A stretch of DNA of 31,801 nucleotides from Folioceros fuciformis (GCA_049999805.1 JBNGIO010005395.1:62001-93801); one strand, 5' to 3'; positions 12,512-24,699 are shown, counted from the stretch's first letter. Notes: generated by a model from the letters alone, not told the origin. A program made the numbers and translations.

Positions 12512-14965
12512 TCATATCTCGTATTGAATAACAATAGCCTCTTCTACAATAGTCCATTTTTCCTTGTTGGCATCACTTTCACTGCTTGAAGGTGCCTCAC
12601 TGCAACTCTGCACAAGTCATCCACAAATCAGCAACTTCATTCCTTATAGCATGATTAAAAGGCATATAGCATATATGAATCTTCTTCAGGTATGGCAAAC
12701 ATTCTCAAATAGAAAAGCATTTTTGTTTTAAGACATCATGCCTGAGAACATGTGAATACAAGCAAAGTAAGCCACTCCCAATCTATAGGTCCATATGATG
12801 TTGGTGGTCCCTCTCTACAAGCTTGTTGTAGAAAATAGAGCAAAGGAGGCATGAGCTGCATTTCATAAACTCGGGGTCCACCACACTGTGGACAAGGTCC
12901 TGGTTCCTCATGTTGCTCGGAAGCCCACAATGCTCGGCCTCGGAAGCAAGACCTATGTCCAAGGAGTTCAGGCTTAATTGTTGGATACTAGTTACATATG
13001 TGAACAAATTATCCCATCTTGAAAGAAACATGAATTACCTAAGACATTGCTCAGGATAGCAATCCAATCGCTTCTTAAACTTCATGTAGGTGCGATCTGC
13101 TAACATTGCTCTAGTGTTTTCATAATCATCATGTTCCCATGAATCGTCATCCGTTCCAAGCCTGTTGTCATCTTCAAATTCATCTAGTTGTGGTAGGTCA
13201 TCATTTGTCTCTCCTGGTTCTTCCAAAGTTGAAGATTGAGCCCTTCGATTTCGAAAAGCTCTTGACTCGTTATGCGAATACATATAAAAGCATGGGAGCA
13301 CTGAAAAAGGACGTGCCCGAATGAGTTCCAGAAAGGGAATGCAAAATTGATAGCACCACAAAACACACTTCTAGCCACAATAAAATTAGCACATACATGC
13401 CTGGAAAATCATTGAATGACAACCCCATACTGGATGAGCTGGTGTCTTCATTTGCATTTTGAGAAGCATAACTACTAAGCACCTCAACTTCACCATTTGG
13501 CTGGAGAACTCTATCCTCATGAGAGCTTGATGGTTGATTTGGAGCAATAGTGCTTGGTTGGATCTCTCCCACACTCATGTTTTCTTCCTCTGTGATGTCA
13601 AATTGCTCACTAGGTCCAATTTCCCACGGAGTATCATCCCACCATTCACTTGCCCTTTGCTCTTCAAATGACTCATATCTTTGCCCAGAAGTTTCTCCTT
13701 CCACTAATTGTTGCAATTCTTCATCAAAGGGAACTAACTGCGCATTCGAATCAGACGATGTTGATCCTGAACCACGTGCTTGTTCTTGTAACAATTCCTC
13801 TGACACTTGCCGTTGAAACCTTATGCTTCTCCAACTATATCAGCATACAACCCACATATAAAAAAGATATGATTAGCAGCTGCAAAATTTGACACATCTT
13901 TATTATACATTCTCAACAAGGGAAACAAAAGAGATGGGTTACCTCAAAGGATTGAGACCACACAAAGATGTGGGACATCCAAATATATATATGGTGCGTT
14001 CTTCAAATCTTAGTTCTTGAAGATTCAGTGGTGCATAAACCTACAACATATGAATCAGCTTCTTCATGATGAACACAACTTAACAACACCTTAATTAACA
14101 ATATACAATCTGAACATGGAAATCCTCTCTTCTGAATGTACATTGCAATGGGAAAGGAAGGTAGAAGGCCATAAAGAATACATGAATAGAACCTGTGCAA
14201 CAAGTCCAAGATATCCACCACAATTTCCACATTTAAGAAGCTCTGGGTTAATCTCATGTAATGGTATTGGAAAATCCTAACACGAGTATCACATATTCAT
14301 TAATTTAACACTTTGAATTTATTTTTATAATCATTCTAGTACCATAAGTTAAAGTTTATTAATCATACAGGTTGCCCGCCAATTTTTGTGGTATAATGAT
14401 CGCTACATTCGCGAACATTTTCAGCCCATGCTCCAGGCATTCCAAGCACTACATTATCCAAGTCCTGCGATTTACTAATTCAGTTGTACAAATAGTGAAG
14501 AAATCTTAAAAGAGTTTAAACTAGAGCTTGTGGATAATAACATGAGATGTATAGGGACACATTGGAGAGCATGAACATTATAAAGTAAATGTTAGAACTT
14601 AATTTGCAGTGAGCTCAATCTTGTAACTCAATCTTACCTCGGAGCCTAAATCTGCTAGCAGAGCAATTCAATCTTACCTCGGAGACTAAATCTGCTGGCA
14701 GAGGACGACCCATAATATGCTTTTGATAATCACTATGCAATGTATAAAATGTTAAATAACACCTGCATCAAATCAAAGCCAAGGTTATTAAGAAAATCAT
14801 TAAGAAACATAACAATATAGTGTTAGATAGAGGGAAAATGTTCTAGAATTTTCCTAAATGGATTAGCACATGCACATGTTCGTCTCTCTCTAAGGCTTGT
14901 ATATAATCATGAAGAATATGTTAGCATGAGTGTGCACAAATGCATCTTACCTCAATGAAATGCAT
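12512..14965 (-). CDS. PDCD2L: Programmed cell death protein 2-like (PDCD2_C domain; Tsr4/uS5-chaperone family), ~431 aa
   Basis: Minus-strand exons 14965-14951 (tentative first exon, MHFIE), 14464-14369, 14276-14193, 14040-13943, 13834-13401, 13300-13039, 12952-12742, 12607-12512; 1296 nt in frame. Motifs: VLGMPGAWA..SDHYTTKIGGQPD, CGNCGGYLGLVAQVYAP, LPCFYMY, DRTYMKFKKRL..PEQCLR, CPQCGGPRVYEMQLMPPLL, WEWLTLLVFTCSQSC, EEAIVIQYE. Two introns are GC-AG. Confidence 0.9.
14631..14703. repeat. 40-bp-period tandem duplication in the tentative PDCD2L first intron
   Basis: ATCTTACCTCGGAG(C/A)CTAAATCTGCT(A/G)GCAGAG starts at 14631 and 14671. Each copy carries a minus-strand GAG|GTAAGAT donor-like site. 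Confidence 0.9.
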
Positions 14966-15205
14966 GATACTTGTATGTATAGAATATAGGCCTTGCAAAG
15001 AATGTAGTGATAAAACATTAAGTAAATATTTATTTATAATTTTCAATAATATTTTTAAATTAATGAATATATATTGACATACACTAAAATAGTGTTATTT
15101 TATCTTGAATAATATTTATTTAATTTTTTTAATTTAAAACAATAAAAGTCCAACGACACAAAATTATATTCATAAAATAGTTGGAGACTCAATGGAGGGA
15201 AAGAG
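14966..15205. promoter_or_regulatory. Very AT-rich divergent (bidirectional) intergenic region between PDCD2L and the PH-domain gene
   Basis: The predicted head-to-head start codons at 14965 (-) and 15206 (+) are only ~240 bp apart, with long A/T runs between them. Both first exons are tentative. Confidence 0.45.
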
Positions 15206-17439
15206 ATGAAAATCCCCATCTATGTGGATGAGGTTTTCTTTCTTAAGAGAAAAATGGAGCATCTTAAATAAATTTTTCTTTTATTTCTTCTATGAGAAAA
15301 GAAAAAGAAGGAATAACTTAATAAAACACACTATTACAAAGAGAAGCTATAGAGCTTGAAATCTTGTGTCATTTGTATTATATCCAATTTTATTCAGCAT
15401 TTTATCTGAAAGTTGTTGTTATATGTGACAAAGTAGAGAAAGACTATGCATGGAGAACAAAGTAGGATGCTGAACTTTTTAAGTTATTGGTTATTTTTAG
15501 TTAACGTTGTATTTGATTAATAATTATTTGCAGCATCTTTTATGGAATGGAGGAGAAAAATCTGGCATCTTAAAGAAAAGAGGAGGGGATTATAGATCAT
15601 GGAAGAAAAGGCAGTTTACTGTGAAAGATACATATCTTTTCTATTTCAAGGTCCTTGCAACAAAGGTAAACTGTGCTCTTCATGTTTTGACTGCAAAAAA
15701 TTCTTGGTTTATAATTATGAATAGTAGCTGAAGTTTTCTTTTTAAAAATTTCATAAATAATTGTATGAACATGCTGTAATGCCTAACTAAAATTGAGACG
15801 TATAGGAGCAAGCTGAGCCCACTGGAGTCATTCCACTACATGGTTGCACTGTGGATGTTCCTCCTCCTGGATCTGATCCTGAACGAGAAAATATTTTTAT
15901 CATAAATCTTCCTGAAAAATTAGTTTCAGTAGGTATTGTCAAACGCTCACAATATGTATTGTGTGCAGCTGATCCGGCGGATGCAAGATCCTGGATAGGT
16001 AGGAAGTTTTTTCAAAAGATGTAGTACTTGATTCATTGTAGAATGTGAACATTTTGGTGTCACCCTAAACCCTAAACCCTAAACCATGTGTTCCTTATTA
16101 TGTGATTGTGTTTGCAGAAACTATTAGATGTGCAGCTGAATCAAAACGCAACATAAAGTCACAAGTTTTGCAAGCCCGAGCTGAGGTGTTAGTTCAGCTA
16201 GTTGTTGAAAACAGTTCACAGAAGGCTACAAAAATCGATGCTAAACTTTTTGTTAAATCTACAGGTGCGAGATTTGGAACAAAGATGGGCACTAGTTAAT
16301 GCTATGTCCAGTGGGCGGGTAAGATATTCTTATCATACTATTGTTTGATATGTGTTCTTAGAATGATGTGAAATTGAACTTCTTTTCAAATGCTACAGGC
16401 TCCAACAATGCCTGCTGAAACTCAAATTGTCATTATTTTACAAGCTTTAGCAGAGGAAATGATGCTCATGTACCACATTGCAGAGGTGACTCAAGAGGTA
16501 ATGCACAAAGTGTAATGAATCTCATGAACCACAACTCTAAGATTACTGAGTAATCCAGCTTTCCTGCATGCGGAAATGTCTTACAGCACTTGAATTATCT
16601 ACAAGATTACGTGGGAAAGCTGACTATGCAACTTGGAGCACTTGAAAAGGCTGGAGCGATGTAGGGGGATCCCAACCTTTTCGAGTCTAGATATTGTATA
16701 TAACTTACTGCTTCCAGTGTGTTGCCTTACGAACTCTTGTTATTGTGGCCAAACATACTTACTTGGAGGACGTGCAGGCTTCAGCAGAAGATCATGTCAC
16801 GATCAAATGCCGATGAGATTATCCAATTCATACAAACAGGTGTTGGCACAAGTGATTAGAGATGAGTTATGTAGCTTTAGACTTTAATAGGATTTGAAGA
16901 TTTGGACTCCCTCCTTTTGCAGATACAAAAACTTGCCATGAATGTATGGAATGGTTGGTGAATGCAAGAGTGCAACTCACTTACGTGCAGCATCAAGTAT
17001 GTTGTTATTATCATTTTTGTTGAATGTAAGATGTAAGATCTAGGATTCGTATGTTTTATGATGGTTTTACCATGATATTTTAGATGGAAGCTTTGATGGG
17101 CATAAGGGAAGCTGGTGGAGAAGGGGTGCCAACTCCAAGTGATGCAGCCAACATATTGAGAAACACAATGCTGATGATAGATTCCTTGGAGGTGATTGAA
17201 TTTTGTGATTATATTGCTTGAGTTAATGTTTATTAGAGTAAGATTCTGATTAAGATTGTACTTTGTGGCTGCAGTACCAACCACCGGGAACGAGTAGACT
17301 ACCAAGTGATGGAAGAATAGCACAACTTCAGAGTAGTCTGGCTCAGATTCAAAAATACCACGATGATGAGGTAGCACAGGCTGGATCAAAGACGGGCGCC
17401 TTAATGTCCAATTCTTATCAACGGCAACAAAGGCGGTAA
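15206..17439 (+). CDS. Pleckstrin-homology (PH) domain protein with helical C-terminal region, 11 exons, ~351 aa
   Basis: Exons 15206-15232 (tentative), 15534-15665, 15806-15998, 16118-16185, 16265-16318, 16399-16497, 16587-16660, 16778-16839, 16923-16996, 17084-17191, 17275-17439; GT-AG; 1056 nt in frame. PH signature: EKSGILKKRGGDYRSWKKRQFTVKDTYLFYFK..PTGVIPLHGCTV..YVLCAADPADARSWIETIR. Confidence 0.8.
16063..16085. repeat. Interstitial plant-type telomeric repeat (CCCTAAA)3
   Basis: Three perfect CCCTAAA units inside the PH-gene intron 15999-16117. Confidence 0.85.
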
Positions 17440-17877
17440 CTACGTAGTGGGTAGAGAGCAGAAAGTTACCGCGGCGTTGGGGGGGGCGAGGAGGGGTCAT
17501 GACGGGACGCCTTGAGTCAAAGCCAACTCCGTCCGCAGTCGGAGGAAAGGGGACCACCAGTTGGAGCCAACCGGTGGGCCTGTCGCCTGCTCTCTCTCCC
17601 CTGTCCACTGTGTGAAAGAAGGAATGGGGGATCTTTATTGCGGTTTCGCCCGGGGATGGCGAAACCGGTGCCGGGTCCGGGCAGCTGCCCAGCTGCCCGT
17701 TTGCCGGGCCACGCTAGAGGCCAGACATGTTGGGCCCCTTGTCGCTGGATGAAGGCAGCCAGCTGCTTCGCCCAGACTTCCCGGCCATCTCTCGGAGAGG
17801 CAGACGCGCAGGCACGACGTTGTGGACTCTCCCTCGCCTCTGCGGCGACCATCGCACGCTCCTTCACGTAATGATCC

Positions 17878-17961
17878 CTTCCTCCTCCCGCTCCTGCTGC
17901 TCCTCCTGTTGCTGTTGCTGTTGCTGTTGGCGAAGCAGCTGCAGCTGCAGCACCTCCTGCT
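17878..17961. repeat. Imperfect trinucleotide low-complexity tract (CTC/CTG/TTG)
   Basis: ctcctcccgctcctgctgctcctcctgttgctgttgctgttgctgttg...gcagctgcagc. It produces poly-L, poly-C, poly-Q and poly-AT stretches in several overlapping ORFs. Confidence 0.7.
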
Positions 17962-19094
17962 CCCGCCTCCCCCATGCCCCGGCCCGGGCCTTCGTCCTGT
18001 GGAGCCGGCTTTTGAGTGCGCACCGTGGGATATTATATTTCTGAGGGCCACAGCGCCAGTGACGCCTTTCCCATCCCCCGCCCCCCACCTCCCGCGGCGC
18101 CCGCTCGGCCCTGCTGCAGCGCCAATTGTTGGGGCTCGCTTCCCTCAGCTTTGTGTGTGTTTGTGTGTGGATTTGTGTGTGCGGGGTCTGGGCGTGGTGT
18201 GGGCGTGCCATTGCCTCACGCAGGGAGAGGATTCCGCTTCCGTCTCCGCTTTCCGCTTCCATTTCATCCTCCCTGCCGGTGTGTGGGTGTAGGTGTAGGC
18301 GTAGGGCCTGCTTGGTGTTGTGGGATTTGTTGATGCAGGCCTTGGTTTGTGTGTGTTGAAAATGGATGTTTCCGCTAGCGTTTTCCTCCAATCGGTTCAC
18401 ACGTCGCGGTTGTGAGCAGCCCGCAACAACCCGCCTTCCGCTCCCTCAGTCCCCAGATTCGTAGAACCCGACACCCGCCATCCGAGCCATCTGGTGCATT
18501 CCGCAGTTGGGTCCTAGTGGGGATTTTTTTTTTGGTACAGTAGATATCCGAGCGTAGGCAGCAGCAGCAGCAGCTTTCGTGCTGAGTCCCGTTCCGTCCC
18601 GTCTGATGTCTTGCTGTTGGACAGCACAAGGCTTTGCGTTTTGAGTTGATTCTGCCGACTGGTGGTGTGTTTGCCATCGGTTTCTAATGGTAGCAGTGCT
18701 CATTGCCAGATGCATTGCCAAACAGAGTCTGGCAGGGGTACCGTAGCTGGCTTGCATTGCCGAGACATTGCTCTCTTCTGCATCCAATGGCGTCTCCTGA
18801 TAGCGTCCGTCGCCAATTTCGCTGCCGTTTGTCCTTCCTTCCAGAACGACATGACAGACAGACAGACAGCCAGCCATTCCTGCTTTCTTCTTTCAGTTAT
18901 TGACCCGAGTCCGGGGAGCTATAGGAGGCTATGGTGGCGGCACGTGGAAGAGGGCTGTCAGCAACCACATTGCACAGAGTTATGACAGAAATTAGCGTAG
19001 CTTGATTTCCCTGCTCTCAACCTGTGACCTGCTGCCTGCTTCGAGGAACGTCCAGGCCCTGAGACTCCAGGTTCTCGCATCTCTCGTGTTGCGC

Positions 19095-22000
19095 ATGATT
19101 ATGTCAAAAACTGCCAGCAAAGCTGCTGCTGCTGCTGCTGGATCTCCTAGCAAGCGTAGAAGTCATCTTGCTCACTACAGATCTCACCTTCAGTTCTCTA
19201 ACTTGATTCACATGAAGAACCATTTCCACATGCAGAGGCCCAAGTCGATGGTGGAATCCAAGGCAACAGGCGAGCTCCCTCTGCTGAGGGAGTTGAGTGC
19301 GTTGCAGAAGGCCCGAGCCCTCCGAGACCCCTCCACCGCCTCCGCCCGGAGCTCGCACTCGGTGAGAGCGGGTTCTGCCGGCAGGAGGGTCACCAGGGAC
19401 AGAGCTGCCAAGAGAGACGAGCAGCAGCAGCAGCAGCAGCAATGGAGCGGGGACATGGCGAAGGACACGCCAACCAAACCCAAGCCCGCAAGGAAAGGCA
19501 AGGTCCGCCCCACGGAATCCGGCAATGCAGACGACCATTCCGTCACGGAGTGGAGCGGGGAATTCTGGGCGGAAGGAGATGGCTCTTCTCGGAAAGGAGA
19601 TGCTATCGAAGGGAATGCTCCAGCTCCCAAGCATAAGCCTCCCCGCCCTCCTCACCCGAACCGGCAGCAACGCGGCGGCAAATCGCTGGAGAACTGGGAG
19701 TCCCAATCCTGGAGTCAAGATCCGGGTGGGGACGGAAGAGATCGCAGCAGGGCGGCGTCCAGGCGGGAGGATCCCCCGGCGGGATCCCGCAGGAACGATG
19801 AAGCCTGGAGGGAAGAGGTGGCTAGGAGGAAAGAGCGGCTGTTACGGGAGAACGCGAGGCGGGTCTACCGCCGAGCTGCGGCGGAGAAAGAGAACGGATC
19901 TGCAGGAGATGTGCACACGGACGAGGAGCAGGACTTTACCGACGCCAGTGAGGTGGAATTGAGCACGGACATGATCGAAATGGATAATCTAACTCCCCGC
20001 CCCCGCCGGGGCCGGGACCCCATCTCCCAGTCTCAGTCCCCTCTCCTGCTCAGGGACGGCGTGCGTGACAGAGACAATGCTTCCGCCAGCAGCAGGAGAA
20101 GGTCCCGGCGGCAGGTCCTGGATGGGCTGGGTATCCACGCCGCCCTCAAGGCGGAAGAAGAGGATCTGGATGGCTCTGGCCATTTCCCCCGAAACGGCTG
20201 CGGGATGCCATGGTACTGGAGTAAGATTCATAAGTACAAAGGGAGGAATATCCTGGACATCGCCGGCAGGAGCCTGGCGTGCGGCTCCCTCCCGGAGCCC
20301 CGCAGGCATGGGCATGGTGGGCGGAGTGCATCTCGGAGGAGATCGTCGGATTCCCTCGCTGGGTTCGGCGGGGGAGGAACCGGGGACTCTGATCATTCCC
20401 ATTCCGACCTGGACACTGACACGGACGCTTTGCTCCGGTCCGCGGAGAAGTATGGGAGGAGGGACAGACATCGTAGGTTGCATTCCGGGTCGTTGGATCT
20501 GGATGCAGATGAGGAGGCCAGGAATTATCTGACGGACTTGGGCTATGCTCCTCCTGACGTGGGAGCGAAGAGCTTTCTGCAACTTGGTTCTCTCTTCTGG
20601 ACGGGGCAGATCGGGGCTGCTGCTGACAGCCGGCACAGGAGTTTGAGCCAGAAGTACCGGCCAAGGTCGTTCAAGGAGCTGGTGGGCCAGAATCTCGTGG
20701 TGAAGGCGTTGTCGAGTGCGGTGGCTCAGGGGAAAATAGCCCCCGTGTATCTCTTTCAGGGGCCCAGGGGAACCGGAAAGACGTCCACGGCCAGGATCTT
20801 TGCTGCCGTGCTGAACTGTTTGGCGGATTCCGTGGCGTTGCGGCCATGTGGGAACTGTAGGGAGTGTCTGGCTCTGGCTAGTAGGAGGAGTTTGGATGTG
20901 ACGGAGCTGCATGTGGCTACTAACAGCGGGATAGAGAGTATGAGGGAGCTGGTGGCTAATGTGCTTGTGCCTCCTACCACTTCCCGGTTCAGGATTTTCA
21001 TCATTGATGAGTGCCATATGCTGTCGAAGGAGGCCTGGAATGGGTTTCTCAAGTGCTTGGAGGAGCCCCCAGAGCGGGTTGTTTTCTTGTTGATCACCAC
21101 TGACCCTGAGCAGCTTCCGCGGACTGCTGCGTCCAGATGCCAGAAGTTCTCCTTCTTCAACATTAAGGAGTCGGAGATTGTTAGTAGGCTGGCCACGTTG
21201 GCGGCCAAGGAGAATCTTATCGTTGATGAGGAGGCTCTGGCTCTCATCGCGTCTCAGTCTGACGGGTCCCTTCGTGATGCCGAGACGATGCTTGATCAGC
21301 TGAGTCTTTTGGGAAAGGACATTTCGCTGGACATGGTTCAGGAGCTGGTATGTGTGCTGTGTCATGATTGGCTTGGGGTGGTAGGGTGTGGTCGCACATG
21401 GTGTCCTCACTGAGGTTGTTTGTGTTTGTTGTCAGGTCGGGCTTGTTGCAGATAGCAAGTTGGTGGATTTGTTGGATATGGCTTTGTCAGCAGATACTGT
21501 GAGCACGGTGAAGTGCATACGGGAGCTTCTGGAAGCTGGAGCTGAGCCGCTGGCTCTTGTTAATCAGCTGGCGGCGCTCATCACGAACATCCTGGCTGGA
21601 AGCTACAAGTTAACCGATGTCCAGCGTATGGCTGGATTTTTCCAGACCCACAATTGTAAGTGTATCGTGTGTCAAGCTTTTTGTGGCCTTTCTGCCCAGA
21701 TGACGGTTCGTGGTTCGGTTAGTTTGCTTTTTGTGTTGTTGATGGGCCTTTGCTTGCTTCACGATTTGCCAGTGCAAGAAGAGTCGGAAAGTCTGCGGCA
21801 AGCTTTGAAGGTTTTATCCGAGGCAGAGAAGCAGCTGAGGATATCAAATGATAGGACGACCTGGCTCACTGCGGCCTTGTTGCAGTTTGCTCCTGATCGG
21901 TCATCGTTGTTCCCTACTTCGTCTGGTGGTACAAGTGTGTCTGAGAGCCCCGTAGGCAAGATGGAAGGCGGTGAGAAGGAAAAGGATACTGGTGACGTGT

Positions 22001-23615
22001 ACTCTTCAACCGTGGAGCAACAATGGGATGGGCAGGGCAAGTTTCAAACAGCACATTCACCCGCGACCCTTTCTCTGGGCTTTGAACCAAGGCGATCCGT
22101 TTCGAAGAACGAGGGAGTGACATTTGTAAATTTTGCTGAGGCAAAGGTGTATCCAGCATCGACTTCCCCGCGGGATGGTGATCAAGTCAACGGCTCTGAG
22201 AAAAAAGCACCAAAAGCGGAAACAATGGCAGAGGGCGAGTTTTTTGATCCTGTATCTCAGCCGGGATTGAAGGACTTCACAACGTTGAGCCACCGCAAGC
22301 TTGATGACATTTGGAAAAGGGTTCTGGATGGCATTCGGTCTCTTGTTCTCAAGGAGATTCTTCAGGTGCAAGGCAGGCTTCTGTCCCTTTCTTTGTCAGA
22401 CAGTGGTAAGTATTGCACCGTGCGGTTCTGTCTGTGCATTATAATGACGGTGAGGCCGATCTGATGTGCCCATGAGTATGCCTGATCGTGTCTCCTACGT
22501 GTCTCGTTGCACAGGTTATGCCGTTGCTGTTATTGAGTTCCGCCACCCTGACCACAAGTCTAGAGCCCAAAGGTCAAGGTCGACCATAGCCCATGCTTTT
22601 CATATGGCAGTCGGTTGCCCAGTTGAAGTCAAGCTGAGCCTTGCGTGCATGCCAGACGAAGGGGAAGATATCAAGCCTCGTAAACGAGAGCAGCACAGTG
22701 GGCCCGTGCTTAACCATTCGGAGCGCCAGACTGCTGCTGTTTCCATGGCTTCAAGGCTTGAAGACGCTGAGATCCCGCTGGATATGAAGTCTGATGTACT
22801 CACTGTAAGGAGGCAGCAGGCGGATGCTGCACATCGAAAAAATCAGCAGGGATATCAAGGTGCGGATGTTGATAAGGGTCCTGCTGTGAGTTCGTCAGCG
22901 ACCTGGAACAGCGGTGGCTTACCCACCGCAGATGCCCAGAGATTCAATGCCCACGGCTCAGAAATATTGCATGCCCAAGAGGAAGACCATCTCGAAAACT
23001 TGTGGACAAGGGATCATAAGTATGCTCCTATAGTGCAGGCAACTAAAAGCCCAGAACAGTTATGGGGGTTGAAAGATGGACAGGAGTTGCAAAAGGAAAC
23101 GGTCTTTTCCTCAGGCACCAAAAAAGTATCGTTAGGCACAGTTATGAGACAGGCACAAGGCTTCGAACCTGAAAATGACTACGCGACCAGGCTTTCGAAA
23201 CGGAGGGTAGCAAAGCACTTCCAGACTAATGGAGATGAGACCATCAGAGCCATTGAGCAAGAGAACCTGTAAGCATGAAGTTTGTCCTGGCCAGACTGAG
23301 AACGCTGTAAGTATGAAAACCTGTTGTTGGCCAGCGACAGAAACGCTGCTCACACACTCTATGGTTGATTGACATGAACAGGAGGTTGGAGTCCCGGGTG
23401 AACAACGCAAGTTTACTCTGTTGGAAGCCTTCGACACAAGAGGAGGAGGAGGTGCGTTGTGTCTGGGTACTTAAATGTCTGTCAGGCATCTGAGAGCTTT
23501 AGTATGACCTGTCTGATTGCTGTATGTGATCCAGACGAAGCACAGCTACAACCGGAGGCAAAGAAAAGTGGATTTCTTTCTCAAACTTGTACCGTGTGCT
23601 AAGAAGTCGGAGTGA
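19095..23615 (+). CDS. STI: STICHEL-like protein (DNA polymerase III gamma/tau-like AAA+ ATPase domain), 6 exons, ~1336 aa
   Basis: Exons 19095-21347, 21436-21655, 21773-22405, 22515-23268, 23382-23451, 23535-23615; 4011 nt in frame. Motifs: HLQFSNLIHMKNH, GCGMPWYWSKIH, RSLSQKYRPRSFKELVGQ, Walker A GPRGTGKT, zinc-module RPCGNCREC, Walker B IIDECH, SRCQKF, GSLRDAETMLDQLSL, EAEKQLRISNDRTTWLTAALLQ, C-terminal SLLCWK. Contains a poly-Q tract. Confidence 0.95.
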
Positions 23616-24042
23616 CATGCGATGGATAGCGTGAAGAGGAGGAAACAACAAACGTTTGAAGTCTTGTCCCCGGGTCGGGACGGTAGGTACTACGCCTGGT
23701 GCTTTCGTACACTCTTAGCGGGCTGTGATTTAAGAACCTGAGGAATCTTGTTGGCTGCAGGTGTGTACATTACGACGCTTGTGATCAGCAGTTTTTTTTC
23801 GCTGACCAGGTGGTGCTAGACCACGCTTCAGGTGGAAATGGTGGAATATCTGATCTGAGGCAGAACTGTAGTTTGGTAGGCCCATTCGGCAAATTTCACT
23901 GCCTTGTTCCTTTGCGCTGGTAGCATTATCATTGAGCAATAAGTCTTGTTGTAAGAACAGTACTTCACAATGCATTCCTTACTCCCAGTTTATTTCTTTC
24001 CAGGTACCTGTTCCCGAATACTCCTCCTTCATCTGACATGTC

Positions 24043-24126
24043 TGCATGCTGGTTGCATCACTGCACGATCTGGTTCGGAAGTAGTGCATGCTGGTTACAT
24101 TAGCTGACGGTTTTGTTCGGAAGCAG
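24043..24126. repeat. 42-bp degenerate tandem duplication between STICHEL and WDR25
   Basis: TGCATGCTGGTT.CAT...GTTCGGAAG.AG at 24043-24084 and 24085-24126. Confidence 0.75.
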
Positions 24127-24699
24127 GGCAAGCTCGTTCTAAATTTGACTTACCAAGCGCGGTGAACTTCCTTATACTTGGGTGACCTTAATGGGACTTG
24201 GGCTGACTTACTCAAACTCTAATGAAGATTATGCAGTCCCCCTTGCCCTTTTCCGTAACCTTGCATCCTATTTGGCACTTAGTGGCTCATTGGCCAGGCC
24301 AGATGTTGCCCTACTATTATTGCCTTTTCATCTCAACATACTTATTAACCCTACATACACAGAAAATATGCTAGAGGCTTCAAGGCTGGCTCCTAATCCA
24401 AGTCTGCACTTTTGTCCGTGAAGAGAGTTATCAAATTTACGTTTTGAGAAGTACCAAGGCACGTTTGTGAGCAAAGGCTTCTGGCATGTTCGTGAGCAAA
24501 GGTGTCTATCGTATGAACCGAACTGAGGGATAGGAGGGCATGCCCGTGAGGAAAGTCTTTCATCGTATTAACTGAGACGCTGCGAGTATGAACTGAAAGG
24601 TAGCGAGGCAACTCCCGACGCATCGTTCCAGACCACCAGTAAACTAGGTACACAATCGACAAACTTCCAAAAACTCTCCCGGAGAACATGTTCCAACCC

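Noticed and set aside
16877..17608. 243-aa minus-strand ORF
   Set aside because: It is the antisense shadow of the last PH-gene exons and introns, has no recognisable domain, and its start is not ATG.
20640..21347. Bacterial dnaX (possible contamination or recent HGT)
   Set aside because: The domain is embedded in a spliced gene with plant STICHEL-specific N- and C-terminal motifs.
19989..21410. 473-aa minus-strand ORF and other overlapping ORFs in STICHEL exon 1
   Set aside because: These are antisense shadows of a GC-rich coding exon with clear STICHEL motifs on the plus strand.
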